A stretch of 64,000 nucleotides of DNA from an uncultured Acidobacteriota bacterium (GTDB lineage Bacteria > Acidobacteriota > UBA6911 > RPQK01 > JAPXNP01): assembly GCA_963777605.1 (NCBI GenBank), contig CAVZRV010000007.1, forward strand, positions 576,001-640,000, in the 5' to 3' direction. The translations under genes were made by a program, and so were the position numbers. Below, in pieces: positions 62,273 through 64,000 of this stretch (the first letter of the stretch is position 1; each line of letters begins with the position of its first letter). Below the pieces are notes generated by a model that did not search any database, had not been told where the DNA came from, and saw only the letters and a list, made by a program, of their open reading frames with translations.

Positions 62273-63490
62273 TCAACGATCCCATCTCGCCAGGCAAAGG
62301 CTCGCGTTGTTCCCACCAAAGGCGTAAGCGTTGTTCAACACGATTTGAGGGTTGGTCTCCCGAGCCGTGTTGGGGACACAGTCGAGGTCGCACTCCGGGT
62401 CGGGCTCTTCGAAATTGATGGTGGGTGGAATTACCCCGGCTTGGAGAGCCAGCGCGCAGCCTGCCGCCTCGATTGCGCTGGCGGCCCCCATCGTGTGGCC
62501 CGTCATCGACTTGATCGAGCTCATGGGAAGCCGATCAGCCAGCGATTCAAACAGTCGGCGAGCCGCAATTGATTCTATCCGGTCGTTCGTCGGAGTCCCG
62601 GTGCCGTGCGCGCAAATATAGTCCACCTGGTCAAGGTTGACCCCGCTTTCCCGGAGGGCTCCCGACATCGCCCGCATCGCCCCATCCCCTTCCGGATGGG
62701 CGGCAGTCATGTGGTGGGCATCGCAACTGAGTCCGTATCCGAGAATTTCAGCATAGACGGTTGCTCCCCGCTTCAGGGCAGCGTCAAGCGGTTCCAGGAC
62801 AAGGATTGCAGCACCTTCCCCGGGAACCATCCCCTTACGATTCCGATCGAAGGGCTGGCACCGCTCGGGAGCAATGGCACCAAGGCGGGAGAAGCCCATG
62901 TAGGTAATCCGCGAGAACGCGTCCGCTCCACCCGCCAGCATGAGGTCGGCTCGTCCCAGCCTGAGCAGGTCGGTGGCGTTGCCGATTGCATAGTTTCCGG
63001 CCGCACAGGCAGTTGGAATCATTACACAGGGCCCGCGGACGCCAAATTCAATGGCCAGGTTGTCCGGGATCACGTGACAAGGGTACTTGGGGAAGATGTC
63101 GGCCGGAATCGCGTCGAACCCACCCGCGTTCCGGGCATCGTTGTACTGCTCCACGAACAACGGTTCTCCGGAAGTGGTGCCCATCGAGACGCCCACCCGG
63201 TAAGGATCGAAGCGTTCCAGTTCGATGCCGGCATCGGCGACAGCCATGTAAGCAGCCGCTACGGCCATCTGGGATGCCCTCCCGAGTTTGGCCGGATCCT
63301 GCCTTCGGACGTGCGCTGCCGGATCGAAATCCTTCACCTCCGCTCCCAGGTTTCCCGGAAAATCGGACGTGTCAAAGGACTGTACCGGCGCGATTCCACT
63401 CTTTCCGGAAGTGACAGCCTCCCAGAATACCTTCCTGCCGGAACCAACCGGAGTCACCAGTCCGATCCCGGTAATCGCGATTCTCTTCAT
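62273..63490 (-). CDS. Beta-ketoacyl-ACP synthase (FabF/KS-alpha type)
   Basis: TACAAG, AHGTGT, KSMTGH and AFGGNN motifs. Confidence 0.95.
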   Translation of the reverse strand: MKRIAITGIGLVTPVGSGRKVFWEAVTSGKSGIAPVQSFDTSDFPGNLGAEVKDFDPAAHVRRQDPAKLGRASQMAVAAAYMAVADAGIELERFDPYRVGVSMGTTSGEPLFVEQYNDARNAGGFDAIPADIFPKYPCHVIPDNLAIEFGVRGPCVMIPTACAAGNYAIGNATDLLRLGRADLMLAGGADAFSRITYMGFSRLGAIAPERCQPFDRNRKGMVPGEGAAILVLEPLDAALKRGATVYAEILGYGLSCDAHHMTAAHPEGDGAMRAMSGALRESGVNLDQVDYICAHGTGTPTNDRIESIAARRLFESLADRLPMSSIKSMTGHTMGAASAIEAAGCALALQAGVIPPTINFEEPDPECDLDCVPNTARETNPQIVLNNAYAFGGNNASLCLARWDR

Positions 63491-63548
63491 ATTGCTCCCG
63501 CCTTTCGTCGCGACACTGGAACTCTTGGCCAACCACTCTCCGTCGGCC

Positions 63549-63809
63549 TTATGCCGCTGCCGACAAGTGCTTCATCACGACTTCAACGGCCTGGTCGACA
63601 TTCTTAATCTCACGGAATTCGTCTTCAGGAATGTCGATCTTGTACTCCTTGTCGAGGGCGACCATCAACTCGATCGCCATCAAGGAATCGACTCCAAGCT
63701 CATCCATGAAATCGGCGGTATCACTGATTTCCGAAGGTTCAACTTCGGTCAGTTCGGCCACCCTGTTTCGTACTTCTTCCCGGACCTTTTCAGCTGTGAT
63801 GTCAGACAT
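63549..63809 (-). CDS. Acyl carrier protein
   Basis: ELGVDSL phosphopantetheine site; acidic 86 aa; GAGGAGG RBS. Confidence 0.95.
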   Translation of the reverse strand: MSDITAEKVREEVRNRVAELTEVEPSEISDTADFMDELGVDSLMAIELMVALDKEYKIDIPEDEFREIKNVDQAVEVVMKHLSAAA

Positions 63810-63859
63810 TTACCCTCCTCATGAAGACTCACTTCAAAACTTCGATTTCAAAACAAGTG

Positions 63860-64000
63860 TTATTCCGAATGCGCGACTCCCGGAGCATCCGGACTACGTT
63901 CCTCGGTCAGAGACCGAATGAAGCGCAGGCCAGGCCGTGTGTTGTACTCCTCCCGGTACTGCCGGTGAGCAGGAGTATCGGGATAGGACTCCGTCGCGGG
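63860..64000 (-). CDS. C-terminal end of an upstream gene (resembles the tail of large FG-GAP/ASPIC-UnbV proteins)
   Basis: Open frame PATESYPDTPAHRQYREEYNTRPGLRFIRSL..., stop at 63860-63862. Confidence 0.5.
   Translation of the reverse strand, partial: PATESYPDTPAHRQYREEYNTRPGLRFIRSLTEERSPDAPGVAHSE

Noticed and set aside
1-64000. CRISPR array, rRNA, tRNA, IS or prophage
   Set aside because: I saw no regularly spaced repeats, RNA gene signatures, or transposase, integrase or phage motifs by eye; a covariance-model scan was not run.

Overview
GC-rich chromosomal segment from a diderm bacterium (kdsB, TonB receptor, DUF481 barrel). The gene style suggests Acidobacteriota, which is an inference only. 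It holds about 60 mostly housekeeping or accessory genes. These include Cu/Zn-SOD, glycoside hydrolases (GH109-like, GH127/146, GH97) and SDRs, a haem-motif sensor kinase with a sigma54 response regulator, an HDOD-GGDEF protein, nagB and a complete hypABFCDE hydrogenase-maturation operon. They also include an EEP-TonB receptor-TPM-NTase-LemA run, a GAF sigma54 activator, an APH kinase/HAD pair, glnS, kdsB, tatAC, an S41 protease and, at the right edge, ACP + KS + catalytically dead KS. I saw no rRNA, tRNA, CRISPR array or transposase. Most notable: (1) a protein fusing an HPF/RaiA ribosome-hibernation domain to an ECF-sigma-like body, with a near-leaderless promoter. (2) Each of the two sigma54 activator genes is followed by a convergent small unknown gene carrying a -24/-12 promoter. 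(3) A KS/CLF-type (type II PKS-like) locus. (4) An HD-SLOG fusion. Frameshifts cluster at about 35.6-46.5 kb and may be sequencing indels. All calls come from motif recognition by eye; no database searches were run.
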